A stretch of 63,646 bases of DNA, filler included, from Chiloscyllium plagiosum (taxonomy: Eukaryota), in assembly GCF_004010195.1 (NCBI RefSeq). It is 9 parts of 9 records of this genome, joined end to end, with 100 filler letters (N's around TTAATTAATTAA, not from the genome) between each part and the next. Parts side by side here need not be neighbours in the genome. Positions count along the whole stretch, not along the records: positions 1 to 4,925 come from NW_025209555.1; positions 5,026 to 17,598 come from NW_025207127.1; 7 more parts are not named here. One strand, 5' to 3'. Within the stretch, counting starts at the first letter, position 1. Each line of letters starts with the position of its first letter. This document shows positions 1 to 12,124 of this stretch, piece by piece. Under the pieces are notes generated by a model. That model had not been told where the DNA came from. It made no database searches and was given only the letters and a program-made list of their open reading frames with translations. The position numbers were made by a program, and so were the translations under genes.

Positions 1-440
1 ACAGCCGCAACATGACCTCCCAACTGGTATACTCAATGCTCTGACCAATAAAGGAAAGCATACCAAACGCCTTCTTCACTATTCTATCTACCTGTGACTC
101 CATAGAACATAGAACAATGCAGCGCGGAACAGGCCCTTCGGCCCTCGGTGTTGCACCGACCTGTGAACTATTTTCAGCACGTCCCCCTACAATATCCCAA
201 AATCATCCATGTGCTTATCTAAGGATTGTTTAAATCTTCCTAATGTGGCTGAGTTGACTACATTAGCAGGTAGGGCAGTCCACACCCTTACCACTCTCTG
301 CTTAAAGAACCTGCCTCTGACATCTGTCCTAAATCTGTCACCTCTCCATTTGTAGTTATGCCCCCTCGTTCACGCTGACGTCATCATCCTAGGAAAAAGA
401 CTTTCACTGTCTACCCTATCTCACCCTCTGATCATCTCTC
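1..440 (-). mobile_element. CR1-type LINE 3' fragments (nested, degenerate)
   Basis: Reverse complement of the CR1 ORF2 3' end/3'UTR seen elsewhere in the window, including a (catagaa)n tail near 101-116. Confidence 0.6.
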
Positions 441-818
441 TAATCCGAACCATAACAGCGAAAGATCCGATTTCCAACAAGCCAATTGCCAATACCGAAA
501 GTGATCTTGTGAAAAGGTTTACTTTTCTCATTTTCTTGAACATCCTGCTCCAAAGAAACACAACCCGAGCACGTGTCGGGACGAAACTGATTGAGGCTCC
601 CGGGCTCTCATTCTAACCCACATTGTTAGGAGGGGTCTGTTCTCCTTGGGTCGGTGATTTGGTAATCGGGGTACAATTTATTAAACCCATTCTGCACTGT
701 CCCATTGAGTATCCAAGTTTCACGCTGTTTTAATCATCCCTCTCCTTGCTACCTGTCGATTTCTATTTGCTACAATGAAGATTGACACAATGTGTGTTGT
801 TTTGATGTGTTTATTTAG

Positions 819-1118
819 CGAAACCTGAAATCTATCTGACTGCGGATCCCCAGAATGAAGGTGTTGGGATTCAGACACTGACTTGTTTGGCTGCGGGATT
901 TTTCCCGAGGGATCTGACCATTTCCTGGATTGTTGAGGGGGATGTCTCCTATCAGGAGGAGCCGGGCTCGCTGACAGTAAACACGGACAGCAGTTACAAC
1001 CTGAGCTCCCGGCTGCGGATTGCAAGGCCCCAGCGGGAGCAGGGAGCCACCGTCTCCTGTCACATTCAGCACAGGACCTTCACTGGGTCAGTGAGGACAA
1101 GGCTCAGAGACAGTCCAG
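819..1118 (+). CDS. Orphan Ig C1-set domain exon (non-Ig IgSF; tapasin/B7-H6/SIRP-like, family unresolved)
   Basis: ttatttag| acceptor at 817-818 and |gtaggt donor at 1119; 300-nt phase 1-1 open exon: KPEIYLTADPQNEGVGIQTLTCLAAGFFPRDLTISW...NTDSSYNLSSRLRI...VSCHIQHRTF. It has the LTC-x3-FFP, W and C-x3-H C1-set motifs. Confidence 0.85.
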
Positions 1119-1198
1119 GTAGGTGCCTCACTAATACTGACCACACCACAGTACTCCCAGTTACAGCCAAGGGACTGGAAAATTAACAATTCCATTGT

Positions 1199-1504
1199 AA
1201 AACACGCAGTATTGGAGATGGAATAACAGGAGAGTGATGTGCACATTTTTCTAACAAGTACCCTCAATTCAATGAAAACCGACACATTGCTAAAGCTGTA
1301 TTTATTGGTGTCGATAGTAGTCATGATTTGAGATGCCGGTGTTGGACTGGGAAAACACGCAGTATTGGAGATGGAATAACAGGAGAGTGATGTGCACATT
1401 TTTCTAACAAGTACCCTCAATTCAATGAAAACCGACACATTGCTAAAGCTGTATTTATTGGTGTCGATAGTAGTCATGATTTGAGATGCCGGTGTTGGAC
1501 TGGG
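1199..1504. repeat. Perfect 153-bp tandem duplication
   Basis: aaaacacgcagtattgg...ggtgttggactggg at 1199-1351 and 1352-1504; the duplicated peptide is visible in ORF 1088..1525. Confidence 0.95.
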
Positions 1505-1514
1505 GTGTACAAAG

Positions 1515-1708
1515 TTAAAAATCACACACCACCAGGTTGTAGTCCAACAGGTTTAATTGGAAGCAAACTAGCTTTCAGAGCGTCGCTCCTTCATCTGGTG
1601 ATAGGATTGAGCCCTCCACTACCACCTGATGAAGGACCGATGCTCCGAAAGCTAGTGTGCTTCCAATTAAACCTGTTGGACTATAACCTGGTGTTGTGTG
1701 ATTTTTAA
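1515..1708. mobile_element. Penelope-like-element-derived fold-back (inverted pLTR) hairpin with a minimal hammerhead motif
   Basis: ttaaaaatcacac...gctttc is the reverse complement of gaaagc...gtgtgatttttaa. CTGATGA at 1626-1632 and GAAAGCTA at 1647-1654. Confidence 0.7.
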
Positions 1709-2196
1709 TGTTGTATTTATTGGTAATTATTGCATATAATGATCATAACCTTTCACGTTGCACATAGTAACTTCCAACATTGCTTTTTATGGACTTTAAT
1801 TCTGTCGAACAGGTGGGTTCGCTTCAGTTGCTCTGTTAGAGCACACAATAACCTTGCTGACAGAGTGACCATGACTTCAGGCCAGACAGGAATACAGAAG
1901 GAAAGGTGGGAATACAGGGAAATGGGAGAAAGTTCCATCAAACTATCACGGCGACACAAGCAGTGGGCCGAATGGCCTCCTCCTGTGCTCCCATTTATGA
2001 TTCCCTTCAACAGCTACATGCCATTTAGCCGGTTGGCAGGTTCCCAGAGCGTGTGAATAGAATGAACCTGTTATATTTTATGCTTTTTTCCGCCCTGTCA
2101 TCAGGTCACCCTTTATTTACACATTTAGAATCATTGACACTGATCCAGCTCCCTCAGAGCCAGCTCTCAGAGTGAACAGAACCTCTGACACTCCTG

Positions 2197-4325
2197 CTTT
2201 TTTTTTCTTTTTTCCTTTATTACCCCCACACTACCGCCTAACTGCGGCAGTGCTTATTTTTTCCCCAGCATCCATGTTGTGTGTGTGCAGGTGTGAGACA
2301 CAGTGAAAGACACAAGGTTTACAAATCTTTATTCAATTTCCACCACCTGGAAGAAAAGAAACATCCAAATGGCCAGTGACAAGCAGTGCCCTTCACATCA
2401 AAGGGCAGTGCTGTGTGATCAAACAGTGAAGGGGAGGGCTGGGATTAAATCAAAATAGAGTTGGAGGGAGAAATGATGCACTCCACTCCCTGCGGCGTCC
2501 ACCTCTCCCTGAACAACTCCAGGATGTTGGTGGACACTGCATGCTCCTTCTGCAGAGACACCCGGGCTCTAACATAACTGCGGAAGAAGGGCAGGTGGTC
2601 AGCCTTAACGACCCCCTCCACGGCCTGCTGCCTGGACCTGTTTATGGCCAGTTTAGCCAGGCCCAGGAGGAGACCCTCAAGGAGGTCTTCAGACCTGCCC
2701 TCCCCCCTCCGTACCGGGTGCCCAAAGATCAGGAGCATGGGACTGAAGTGCAACTAAAACAGAGAAGGAGGTTTTTTAGAAAATCAAAAAGGGAGTGCAA
2801 GCACCCACACCCAACATATACATGGTCCACGGACTCCACAGCATCACAGAATAAGCGGTTGGGCTGGGGGACCATGAACCAATGCAATCTGCGGTTGCAG
2901 GGGAACGCCGCGTGCAACACCCTCCACCCCAGCTCCCCGAGTGAAAGGGGAAGACCCCTGCGTAGCGATCCCTCCACTGAAGATCCCCACCACCCGGTGA
3001 TAAATGGGCACACCAAGGCATGTCCGGGTGGTGGATGAGGGAGAAAAAGTGGACGGTGTGCAGCAACAATCGATACAGGCCCCGGTGTTTTATGTCCCTA
3101 AAAGGGGCAAAACTAAAATTCTGTAAGTGGCTCAGGTTGTGCAGCACAGGTTTCCGGGGGAAGTATGAGTCCTTGGGGCCAATGTGAAATTCCATCCGGG
3201 CAGGGGTGAGCGCGGACGGGATCCCACCGCACACCTGAGCATCCTCCAACTGGTGCACTATGTCGGGTCCGAGCACCGCCGTTTTAAGGTGTCGAATGGC
3301 AGTGGCTACCTACCGGACGTCTCCCACTGCCCTGCTCACTATGTCCTGCGGCAGCGTCCAGCCCAGGACTCCGCTACCCAGCACGTCCCTGATCCTGGTC
3401 ACTTTTGCCACCATGGCCCTCCCCTCCGACAGCCACTCGAACACGTGAGTACAGAGGTGCGGATTCCTGAGCAACGGCTCCCTGACGACAGCCACTACTC
3501 CTGCCGGAGGGTAGGCACGATGCAATTCCACCATGTTCCAGACAGTAATCACATCCTGGTAAAAGACAGGCAGTGTCCTGAGGGCAACCTCTAAACCATC
3601 ATGGTCAATGAACAGGAGCTGTGTGCCATAGTTGAGGTTACGCAGCTGGCGGAAAAAATACGTTGCCAGGGCACACCACCTAGGAGGAGGCTCGACATAA
3701 AGGTATCGCTGCAAGGTCTGAAGGCGGAAAGTCACCGCCTGGGAAGCACACCAGCGATTGACTGCCCTCCTCAATCGGGAGACTGAGGATCTGCGCAGTG
3801 ACCCAACGCATCTTTTTGTCCCAGAAGAAGTGAATCAACGTTCTCTGGATGTCAGCGACAAAACCAGGAGGAGGGACTAAAGTGACCAGCCGGTACCACA
3901 GTATGACAGCCACCAGCTGGTTTATAACCAGTACCTGACTCCTGTAAGATAGCCCTCGGAGCAGTCCTGACCAGCGGCCTAGGCGAGCCGAGGCCTTGGC
4001 CTCCAGCTCCTGCCAATTGGCCGGTCGGGATTCCTCAGCCGGGCTGAAGTAGACCCCCAGGTAGAGGAGATGGGTGGTACACCAGCTGAATCCCCATAAC
4101 TCCGGCAGAGAGTCCACCCACCATGGACCCACCAGTAGTCTGGAACATTTGGCCCAGTTGATCCTGGCAGAAGATGCTGCCAAGTACACCGCCTGGCACT
4201 CACGCATCCTCACCAGGTCAGCCGGGTCAGTGAAAGTGAGGAGCACATCGTTGGCGTAGGCCAAGAGGACCACCCCCATGCCGCACCGCGCAGAACCAGC
4301 CCCGACAACCTCCTCCGCAAGAGGG
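2197..4325 (-). mobile_element. 5'-truncated Tx1-clade (L1-like) non-LTR retrotransposon with frameshifted ORF2
   Basis: Minus-strand ORF pieces carry an RT motif (LLAYANDVLL, a degenerate YADD), SARINWAKC, a C-terminal Zn-knuckle (LFCDAVESVDHVYVGC) and the Tx1-type tail LLLGLAKLAINRSR...FRERW. A-tail (T-run on +) at about 2197-2212. Confidence 0.85.
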
Positions 4326-4429
4326 TGAACCTGTTATATTCTGTGGGCGATATCCTATTGACATCATTCCACTACTTCACTCTGTTATAGTTTTGTACAG
4401 GTAGTGTTCACGGCTCCTATTACACCACT

Positions 4430-4600
4430 GTCACTTGGAGGTGCCGGTTGACTGTACCAAGTCTCCATGACACTGGACTCTAAATTCTGTGAGCATGATC
4501 TTCACCTCCACAACCACCTGATGAAGGAGCGGTGCTCTGAAAGCTACTGCTTCCAAATAAACCTGTTGGACTATAACCTGGTGTGGTGTGGTCTTTAGCT
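4430..4600 (+). mobile_element. Penelope-like pLTR fragment with minimal hammerhead motif
   Basis: Same family as 1515-1708: CTGATGA (4518-4524), ggagc-ggt-gctct, GAAAGCTA (4539-4546). Confidence 0.6.
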
Positions 4601-4925
4601 TTCACCACTGTCACTGGACGGGTGGAGAATAGACCATCTATAAATCCCCACTCACATGGGTTTCTTTGGTTCATTATCACAGACTGGTTGGGATTTTAGA
4701 TGCAGGATCGTAGCCACAAGAAAAGGAAACCCGTTCAGTCCATACCCACAGTGTCGCTCCTATTCCTGCTCATTAAAGCTCAGGCAGTAAGCTTATCACC
4801 CGGATTCCCAAACTTCACCTTTTTGAAAAAGACTGAGAGAAAGAAATGTCTCTGGCCATGATCTTGATATTTAAGGGAATGGTTGCTAAAGAAACAGCAC
4901 GGGGACAGATTGAAAATGTACAAAT

Positions 4926-5025
4926 NNNNNNNNNNNNNNNNNNNNNNNNNNNNNNNNNNNNNNNNNNNNTTAATTAATTAANNNNNNNNNNNNNNNNNNN
5001 NNNNNNNNNNNNNNNNNNNNNNNNN
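4926..5025. other. Artificial scaffold spacer N44-TTAATTAATTAA-N44 (also 17599-17698, 23517-23616, 36140-36239, 45104-45203, 48371-48470, 51528-51627, 60344-60443)
   Basis: Identical 100-nt construct eight times; the linker has stop codons in all six frames. Confidence 0.98.
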
Positions 5026-8000
5026 TCACCTTGAGTATTGTGTGCAATTTTGGTCTCCTAGTCTGAGGAAGGACATTCTTGCTATTGAGGGAGTCCAGCA
5101 AAGATTCACCAGACTGATTCCCGGGACGGCAGGACTGACATATGAGGAAAGTCGGGATTGTCTGGGCTTGTACTCACTGGGATTTAGAAGAATGAGGGGA
5201 ATCTCACAGAAACATGTAAAATCCTGATGGGATTTGACAGGCTTGATGTTGGAAGAATGTTCCCAATATTAGGGAAATCCAAAACTCAGGGTCAAAGATC
5301 ACGAATAAGAGTTAAGTTATTCAGACATTATGAACCTGTGGAATTCTCTGCCACAGAAAACTGGTGGGGCCAGTTTTTTCGATATATTCAAGAGGAATGT
5401 GGCACTTGCAGCTAAAAGGATCAAGGGATATGGGGGGAGAGTGGGAATGGGATACAGAGACTGCATAATCAGTCATGATCATATTGAACGGTGATGCAGG
5501 CTGTAAGGGCTAAATGGTCTATTCCTGCACCTATTTTCTATGTTTCTGTGTTTCTAATGATCTGTAGATGGGCAGGTTGGGGTGTTGGGAAGCGAGTTTC
5601 CTCTGTCAGGAAGAACTGAAATTACATCGACAGCAAGAGGAAATATGGAGTGGGAAAGCATAGAATCTGTGTGAGTCAACTTAAGAAACCACAAAATAGC
5701 AAAGGGCCTGATGGGAGTTATGTACAAACCTCCTCACAGTAATCGGGATGTGGGTCAGGAAATAAATCAGGAGATAGAAAAGGCATGTAAGAAAGGGATT
5801 ATTACAATAGTCATGGGGACTGCAATATGCAGGTGGACTGGGAAAGTCAGGTTGGGAATGGATCTCAAGGAAAGGAATTCATGGAATGTCTGCGAGAGGC
5901 TGTTTTGGGACAGTTTGTGGTTGAGACCCTAGGAAACAGGTAATTCCGGATTCGGTGATGTGTAATGAGGCAGCCCTGATTGGGGAGCTGAAGGTGAATG
6001 AACCCTGAGGAGGCAGTGACCATAATGTGTTAGAATTCACCCTGCAGTTCGAGAGGGAGAAGCTGGAATTAGATGTAGTAATAGGAGTTAATGACAAGTT
6101 AGACAAAGGAGAGCCAATGGATATGATCTATTTGGATTTCCAGAAGGCCTTTGACAAGTTGTCATACAGGAGGTTGCTAAATAACATAAGAGCCCATGGG
6201 GTTTGGGGCCCCGTACTGACATGGACAGAGAGTGGAAATAAATGGGTCGTTTGCAGGATGGCAGCTGGTGCCTCATGCAGTTCAGCAGGGGGCAGTGTTG
6301 GGACCTCAGCTATTCATGTAACAATTAATTATATATTAACGATCTGGGAAAAGGGACTGAGGGCATTGTTGGTAAATTTGCTGATGACACAAAGATGAGG
6401 GGAGGGACAGAGAGAGTTGAGGAAGCAGGGAGGCTGCAGAAGGACTTGGAAAGGCTCAGAGAGTGTGCAAAGAAGTGGCTGATGTAATACAAAGTGGGAA
6501 AGTATAAGGTTATGCACTTTGGTGGGAAGAATAGAAGCTCAAACTGCTTTCTAAATGGGGAAATTTGGAATTCTGAAGCACAAAGGGACTTAGGAGTCTT
6601 CTTCAAGGCTTCTCTGAAGGTTAACATGTAGCTTCAGTTGGCAACTGGGAAGACAAATGCAATGTTAGCATTCATTTCACCTGAGTTAGAATATAAGAGC
6701 AGGTATGTCCTGCTGAGGCTGTATGAGACTCTGGCCAGACTGCATTTGGAATATTGTGAACAGTTTTGGGACCTGTACCTCAGGAGGGATGTGCTTGTAT
6801 TAGAGGAGGTCCAGAGGAGGTTTATAAGAATGACCTTGGGGGTGACAGCCTGGTCTGATGAGGAGCGGTTGAGGACTCTGGATGTGTACTTGATGGAGTT
6901 CAGAAGGCCATGAGGGATCACATTGAAACTTACAGAATACTGAGAGGCCTGGATAGAGTGGATGTGGAGAAGAATTTTCCACAAGGAAGAGAAAATCAGA
7001 TCAGAAGGCACAGTCGCAGAGTTAAGGGATAACCCATTACGACTGTGATGAGGAATTTCTTCTGCCAGAGGGTGGTTAATCTGTGGAAATCATTGCTGTG
7101 GAGGCAAAATCATTGAGTGTATTTCAGACAGATATTGATAGGCTCTTGATTGGAAAGGCAATCAAACATAATGGAAGAATGGTTGTGAGAAACACATCAG
7201 CCATAACCAAATGGCACAGCAAACTTAATGAGGCGAATGGCCTAATTCTGCTCCGATATCATAAGGTCCTTTGGTATTTTGAAGAGACTCTGCCAAACCC
7301 CAGAACCCTAAAAGCACTGGACCGTGAGCCCTGCTGTAGCTGTTTGTCATCAGAACTTTGCCAAGAGATAACCAAAGAGTGGAAAGAATGTGCATCCAGT
7401 TCCATTTGGGAACTTCAGTGTGTTTCCCAGATTATGGAATACCATGATTACTGGAAGTGTGGTCAGTGACAGCAGTTGGAGCTCCGGGTTTCGGAGCTTG
7501 ACCAGCAGCTGGTGTCAGTGCGGAGCGTCCGTGAGGCTGAGAGCTCCGTGGAGAGCACGTTTCTAGATGTGGTCACTCTGCAGCTTCAGAGTATGCAGGG
7601 AGAGAGGGAATGGGGAAGCAGCAGACAGTCCAAAAGGACCAGGCAGCTAGTACAGGAATTCCCTGTGTATATCCCATTCTCCAACTAGGATTCAGTTTGG
7701 AATCCTGATGAGAATGATGGTTCATCTGGGGAGTGCAGCCACAACCAAGTCCCTGGCACCACGGGCGGGGTGGTGGGGGGGGGGGGTGGAGGGAGCGGGC
7801 ACAGCTGTACAGGGACGGCACAAGGAATACTGGAAGAACGATAGCGAGAGGAGATTCGAGAACGGGGGGCAATCGATAGGTATTTGTGCAGCTGCAGATG
7901 GGAATCCAGGATGGTGTGTTGTCGCCCTGGTGCCAGGGTCAAGGATGTCACTGAGCAGCTGCAGAGCACCCTGAGGGGAGAGGGGGAACAGGCAGCAGTG

Positions 8001-11000
8001 GTGGTCCACATCGGTCCCAGTGGCAGAGGGAGAAAAGGGGTATGGTCCTGCAGTCAGAACTTTGGCAGGAAATTTGTAGCAGGAGCTCAAAAACAGAAAT
8101 CTCTGGATTACTCCAAGTGCCCCACATAAGTGAGAATTGGAACAGGAGGATAAAGCAGATGTATGTGAGGCTGGAAATATGGTCCATGAGGGAAGGCTTT
8201 AGATTCTTGGCATTTTGGGAATGATTCTCGGAGAGATGTGACCTATATTGAATAAATAGGTTGCTCCTGAACAGAGCTGGAACTGAGTTTCTTGTGGGAT
8301 GATTGCTAGTGCTGTTGGAGAGGGTTTAAGCTGACATGGAAGGGCTGTGGGAGCCAGGAGAGAACATCCAAGGGACACAGAATCCTGGAAGAGTAAGGAA
8401 TAGTAACTTAATAGGCAGTTTCAGAGTGAGGGAGAGAATAATAATTTCTAAACCCAGCTGACTGTGCATGTATGGGACTGCACGGAGTGAGGCGAATAAG
8501 ATTGGGGAGTTACAGACGCAGATTGCCAAGCGGAAATCTGATGTTGTTGCTCTAACAGATGAGGCTCAAATAAGGACCGGACTGAGTGTTAAATATTCCT
8601 GGATACAAGGTTTTCAGGAAAGATAGGAAAGAGGGGAAAGGGTGAGAGGTGTGGGATTAATTAAGGAGATCGGTGCAGAGTTGGAGAAAGAGGATGTCCC
8701 AGGGGGGTCAAGAACAGAAGCGATTTGGTTCAAGATAAGGAACAAAAAAAGGTGTAATCAGATTGTTCAGTGCAGTCTGTAGGTCACCGACGGGTGGGAA
8801 GGATGTAGAGGGGAATCTGCAAGGAATTCACACTGGGATAGTAACAGTGTGAAGGGCAAAGAGGGGCCAGAGTTTTGAGAGTGTGTTCAGGTGAATTTTC
8901 TCCAGCGGTGTGTTCCCATTCCAATGAGAAACAAAGCTCTCCAAACCTAGATCTTGGGAATGAGGAGGCACAAGTAGATCAAGTGTCAGTGAGAGGACAT
9001 TTAGGGAAGAGTGACAATTGTATCACAAGGTTTAGGGTGACAGTGGAAAAGGACAAAGGACAATCCAGAGTAAAGTCATGATCATAGATCGTATTCCATG
9101 GATAATCTCCAAATATCTCACACTTCAAAATTTTCACCTTTTTTTTTCAAACAGAATATGAATGAGTCACAAAACTAATATTTTGCCTCAATATTTACCA
9201 CTAATAAAGGTAGTGAAGTGAAGGAAATAAATGTTGCTGTCTTGAGAAGAGGTGCGGTGACCGGTTCTTTAAACTCATAAAGGTAGACAAATCCCCAGGA
9301 CCTGAACAGGTCAATCCCAGTATTTTGTGTGAAGCTTGGGAAGAGACAGCGACACCCTTTGCGGAGATGTTTGGATCATCAACAGCCACAGGTGATGTGC
9401 TGGAAGACTGGAGCATGGTTAATATCGTGCCATTATTTAAGAAGGTCTGCAAGGAATTATAGACTGGTGAGTCTGATGTCAGTGGTGAGTAAGTTGTTGG
9501 AGGGGATTTTGAAAGACAGGATTTACATGCATTTGTAAAGACAAGGATTGGTTAAGGAGAGTCCACAAGGCTTTGTAAGTGGGAAATCGAGTCTCAAAAA
9601 TTTGATTGAGCCTTTTGAAGACATGACCAAGAATATAGCTGAGGGCAGAGTGGTAGATATTGCCTACATGGACTTTAGCAAGGCCTTTGACAGGTACCGC
9701 ATGGACAACTGGTTAGTAAGGTTAAATCAAATGGGATCCAGGGATAGCAAGCCAATTGAAACAAAATTGGCTTAATGGTTGGAGACAGAGAGTGGTGGTA
9801 GAAGGTTATTGTTCAGACTGGAAGTCTGTGACCAGCAGTGTGGTAAAAGGATTGGTTCGGGGTTCGTCATTGTTCATCATTTATAGAAAATATTTGAATG
9901 AAAATATAGGAGGTATGGTTTGTGAGTTTGCAGATGACACCAAAATTGGTGGCTTAATGGGCAGTGACGAAGGCTATTTGAGAATACATTTACAATACAT
10001 TTATCTCAATACGTATTGAGATAATAATGAGGTGTTGCATTTTGGTACAAAAACCAGTCCAGGGCTAACACAGTTAATTATGGGGACATGGGGAGTTTTG
10101 TCAGGTAGGGAGGCACATAGTGCCTTGAAACTGGTATCACATGGAGACAGAGTGGTAAAGAAAGCATTTCGTATACTTGCCTTCGTCAGTCAGAGCATTG
10201 AGTACAGGAGTTGGGACATTATGTTTCAGCTCTCCAAGATATTGATCAGGCCACATTTCTGGTCACCCTGCTATTGGCTAGATGTCATTAAACTGGAAAG
10301 AGTGTAAACAAGATGACAAGGATGTCATCGAGACTGGATGGTTTAAGTTATAAAGAGTGATGCTGGCAAATGGGATGAGGTCAGTTTAGGATATCTGGTT
10401 AGCATGGACAAGTTGAACCGAAAAGTCTGTTTCCACGCTGTATGACTCCAGGACTATGAGAGGCTGGAAAAGCTGAGACTTTTTACCCTGAAGCAGAAGG
10501 TTCTGAGGAGTGACCTTACAAAGGTTTAGAGAAAGATAGAGGAAGAAATGACCAAAATGCAGGCAAATGGGATTACGGGGAACAGATAAGGTGAATAATT
10601 CATGCAGGATATGAATACTTTGAAGATGGGTAAAAAAAATTCCCATGGAAGGTTTGGGAATGTGGAACATGAGCTCTGAAAATATATTGGAGAAGTTTGG
10701 ATTGTCTTCCTTGGAGAAATGAAGGCTGAGAGGAAAGTTGTTTGAAGAATTCAACATCAGGAGGCGTCAAGACAGAGTAAATAGGGAGAAAATGTTCCCA
10801 ATTGAGAAAGGAATGAGACCGAGAGACCACAGATTGAAAGTAATTGGGAAAAGTAACAAAAGTGAGATGAGGAACAACATTTACAGCCAATGAGTGGTAA
10901 AGGTGTGGAATGCACTGCCTGAGAATGTGGTGGAGGCAGCTTCAATTGAAACATTCCGAAGGGAATGAGACTGTTATTTGAAAAGGAACAATGTGCAGGG

Positions 11001-11110
11001 TGACAGGGAGAAGGCAGGAGAATGACACTCAGTGAATTGCTCATTCAGAGAGCCAGTACAGACAGGATGGGTAGAATAGCCTCCTTGTGCACTGTAACAA
11101 TTCTGTGATT
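5026..11110 (+). mobile_element. Stack of degenerate CR1 LINE remnants (ORF1 esterase-like and ORF2 EN/RT pieces)
   Basis: Peptides YLDFQKAFDK, YMDFSKAFD, FADDTKIGG, HLEYCEQFW, and ORF1-like MVCCRPGARVKDV...VVHIG; many stops and frameshifts. Confidence 0.85.
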
Positions 11111-11163
11111 GTGTGATTGAGCAGAGTTAAAGCTGGGGGAGGTGGGAGCTCGGTGTCTCACTG

Positions 11164-11195
<32 letters not shown>
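11164..11195. repeat. (CTG/CAG)n microsatellite in the kappa J-C intron; paralogous copy at about 62816-62844
   Basis: Direct reading of (gct)n. Confidence 0.9.
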
Positions 11196-11568
11196 AGGTC
11201 AGTGAGATCAGAGACTGGGACAGGGAGCCAGAGCTCACATCAAACTCTGCCCGTGTCCGTCACACTGAGACTGGCAGGAGGCTACTCACTGATTTCACTC
11301 CATGCTGCAGGAATGGGACCACAGGCTGCAAATGGACAGAGCTCCTCCACACAGTGAGTAAAACTTGCTGACTTATATCTTGTTTTTTAAAGGGGGCAAT
11401 GGAAGGAAAGAAATACAGCTGGACACGCTGTTAGACACAGTGCTCCTCAATCAACCATTTCATTCACTGCAGCTCCCCACTAACACCTTCAACAATTCAG
11501 CATTTGTATTTTAGAAAGTGTGTTTAGAAATTGAAAGGGTTAATAACGGAGGAATGAGGTTTACTTAC

Positions 11569-11603
11569 TCAGTCTGAGCTTGGTTCCTTTACCAAACGTA
11601 AGC
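11569..11603 (-). CDS. Ig kappa (NS4-type) J segment, LTFGKGTKLRL(S)
   Basis: FGxG motif; A|gtaagt donor. The terminal A joins C-exon GC to give AGC (Ser), matching the kappa C exon phase at 51188. Confidence 0.95.
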
Positions 11604-11642
11604 CACAGTGAGAGCTTCCATTGCAGAGGCAGTACAAAAACC
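11604..11642 (-). promoter_or_regulatory. J-RSS with 23-bp spacer
   Basis: On +: CACAGTG (11604-11610), 23 nt, ACAAAAACC (11634-11642); perfect consensus. Confidence 0.97.
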
Positions 11643-12096
11643 TCTGCTCTCTGCTTCCCTCTGTCACTCTCACCCTCTCCCTGTCTCTGTCTGTCGCTCA
11701 CTCACACTCAACCTCTCCCTGTCTCTCTCTGTCTCTCACTCACACTTACCTTCTCTCTGTCTGTATCTGTCTCCCATGCCTTCTTTCTCTGTTTTTCTCA
11801 TTCCATTTTCCCCCCTCTCTCTCTATCATGCTCTCTATCTCTCTGGCTCTGCGTTGTGTCTAGCAGTGCTCAAGCAGTTTGTGAACATTTTTTTATTTGT
11901 TAAATCTTGCAGCTGTTCTTCCCATGTGACCATGGAGTGTAAGAGGGAAACTTGAGGCCTTCAGTGAGCGGTGGACACAACAGGGACTGGAGTGTGTAGG
12001 GGATAGTGACAATCCCAATATGGTTTAATTTATTCAGTTTAATTTTAACATAACTGTGGGATGTGTCAGTACAGGAGGTGGGACTATGTGTATTGA

Positions 12097-12124
12097 GATT
12101 TTTGTACGACTCTGCATCACTGTG
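12097..12124 (-). promoter_or_regulatory. V-RSS with 12-bp spacer
   Basis: On -: CACAGTG, 12 nt, ACAAAAATC. Confidence 0.95.

Noticed and set aside
4970-4981. Recurrent TTAATTAATTAA as a biological repeat or transposon target
   Set aside because: Always centred in N44 blocks; it is a six-frame stop linker.
11142-11357. Signal-peptide-like poly-Leu ORF (also 62649-62891)
   Set aside because: A by-product of the CTG repeat in the J-C intron; no supporting gene structure.
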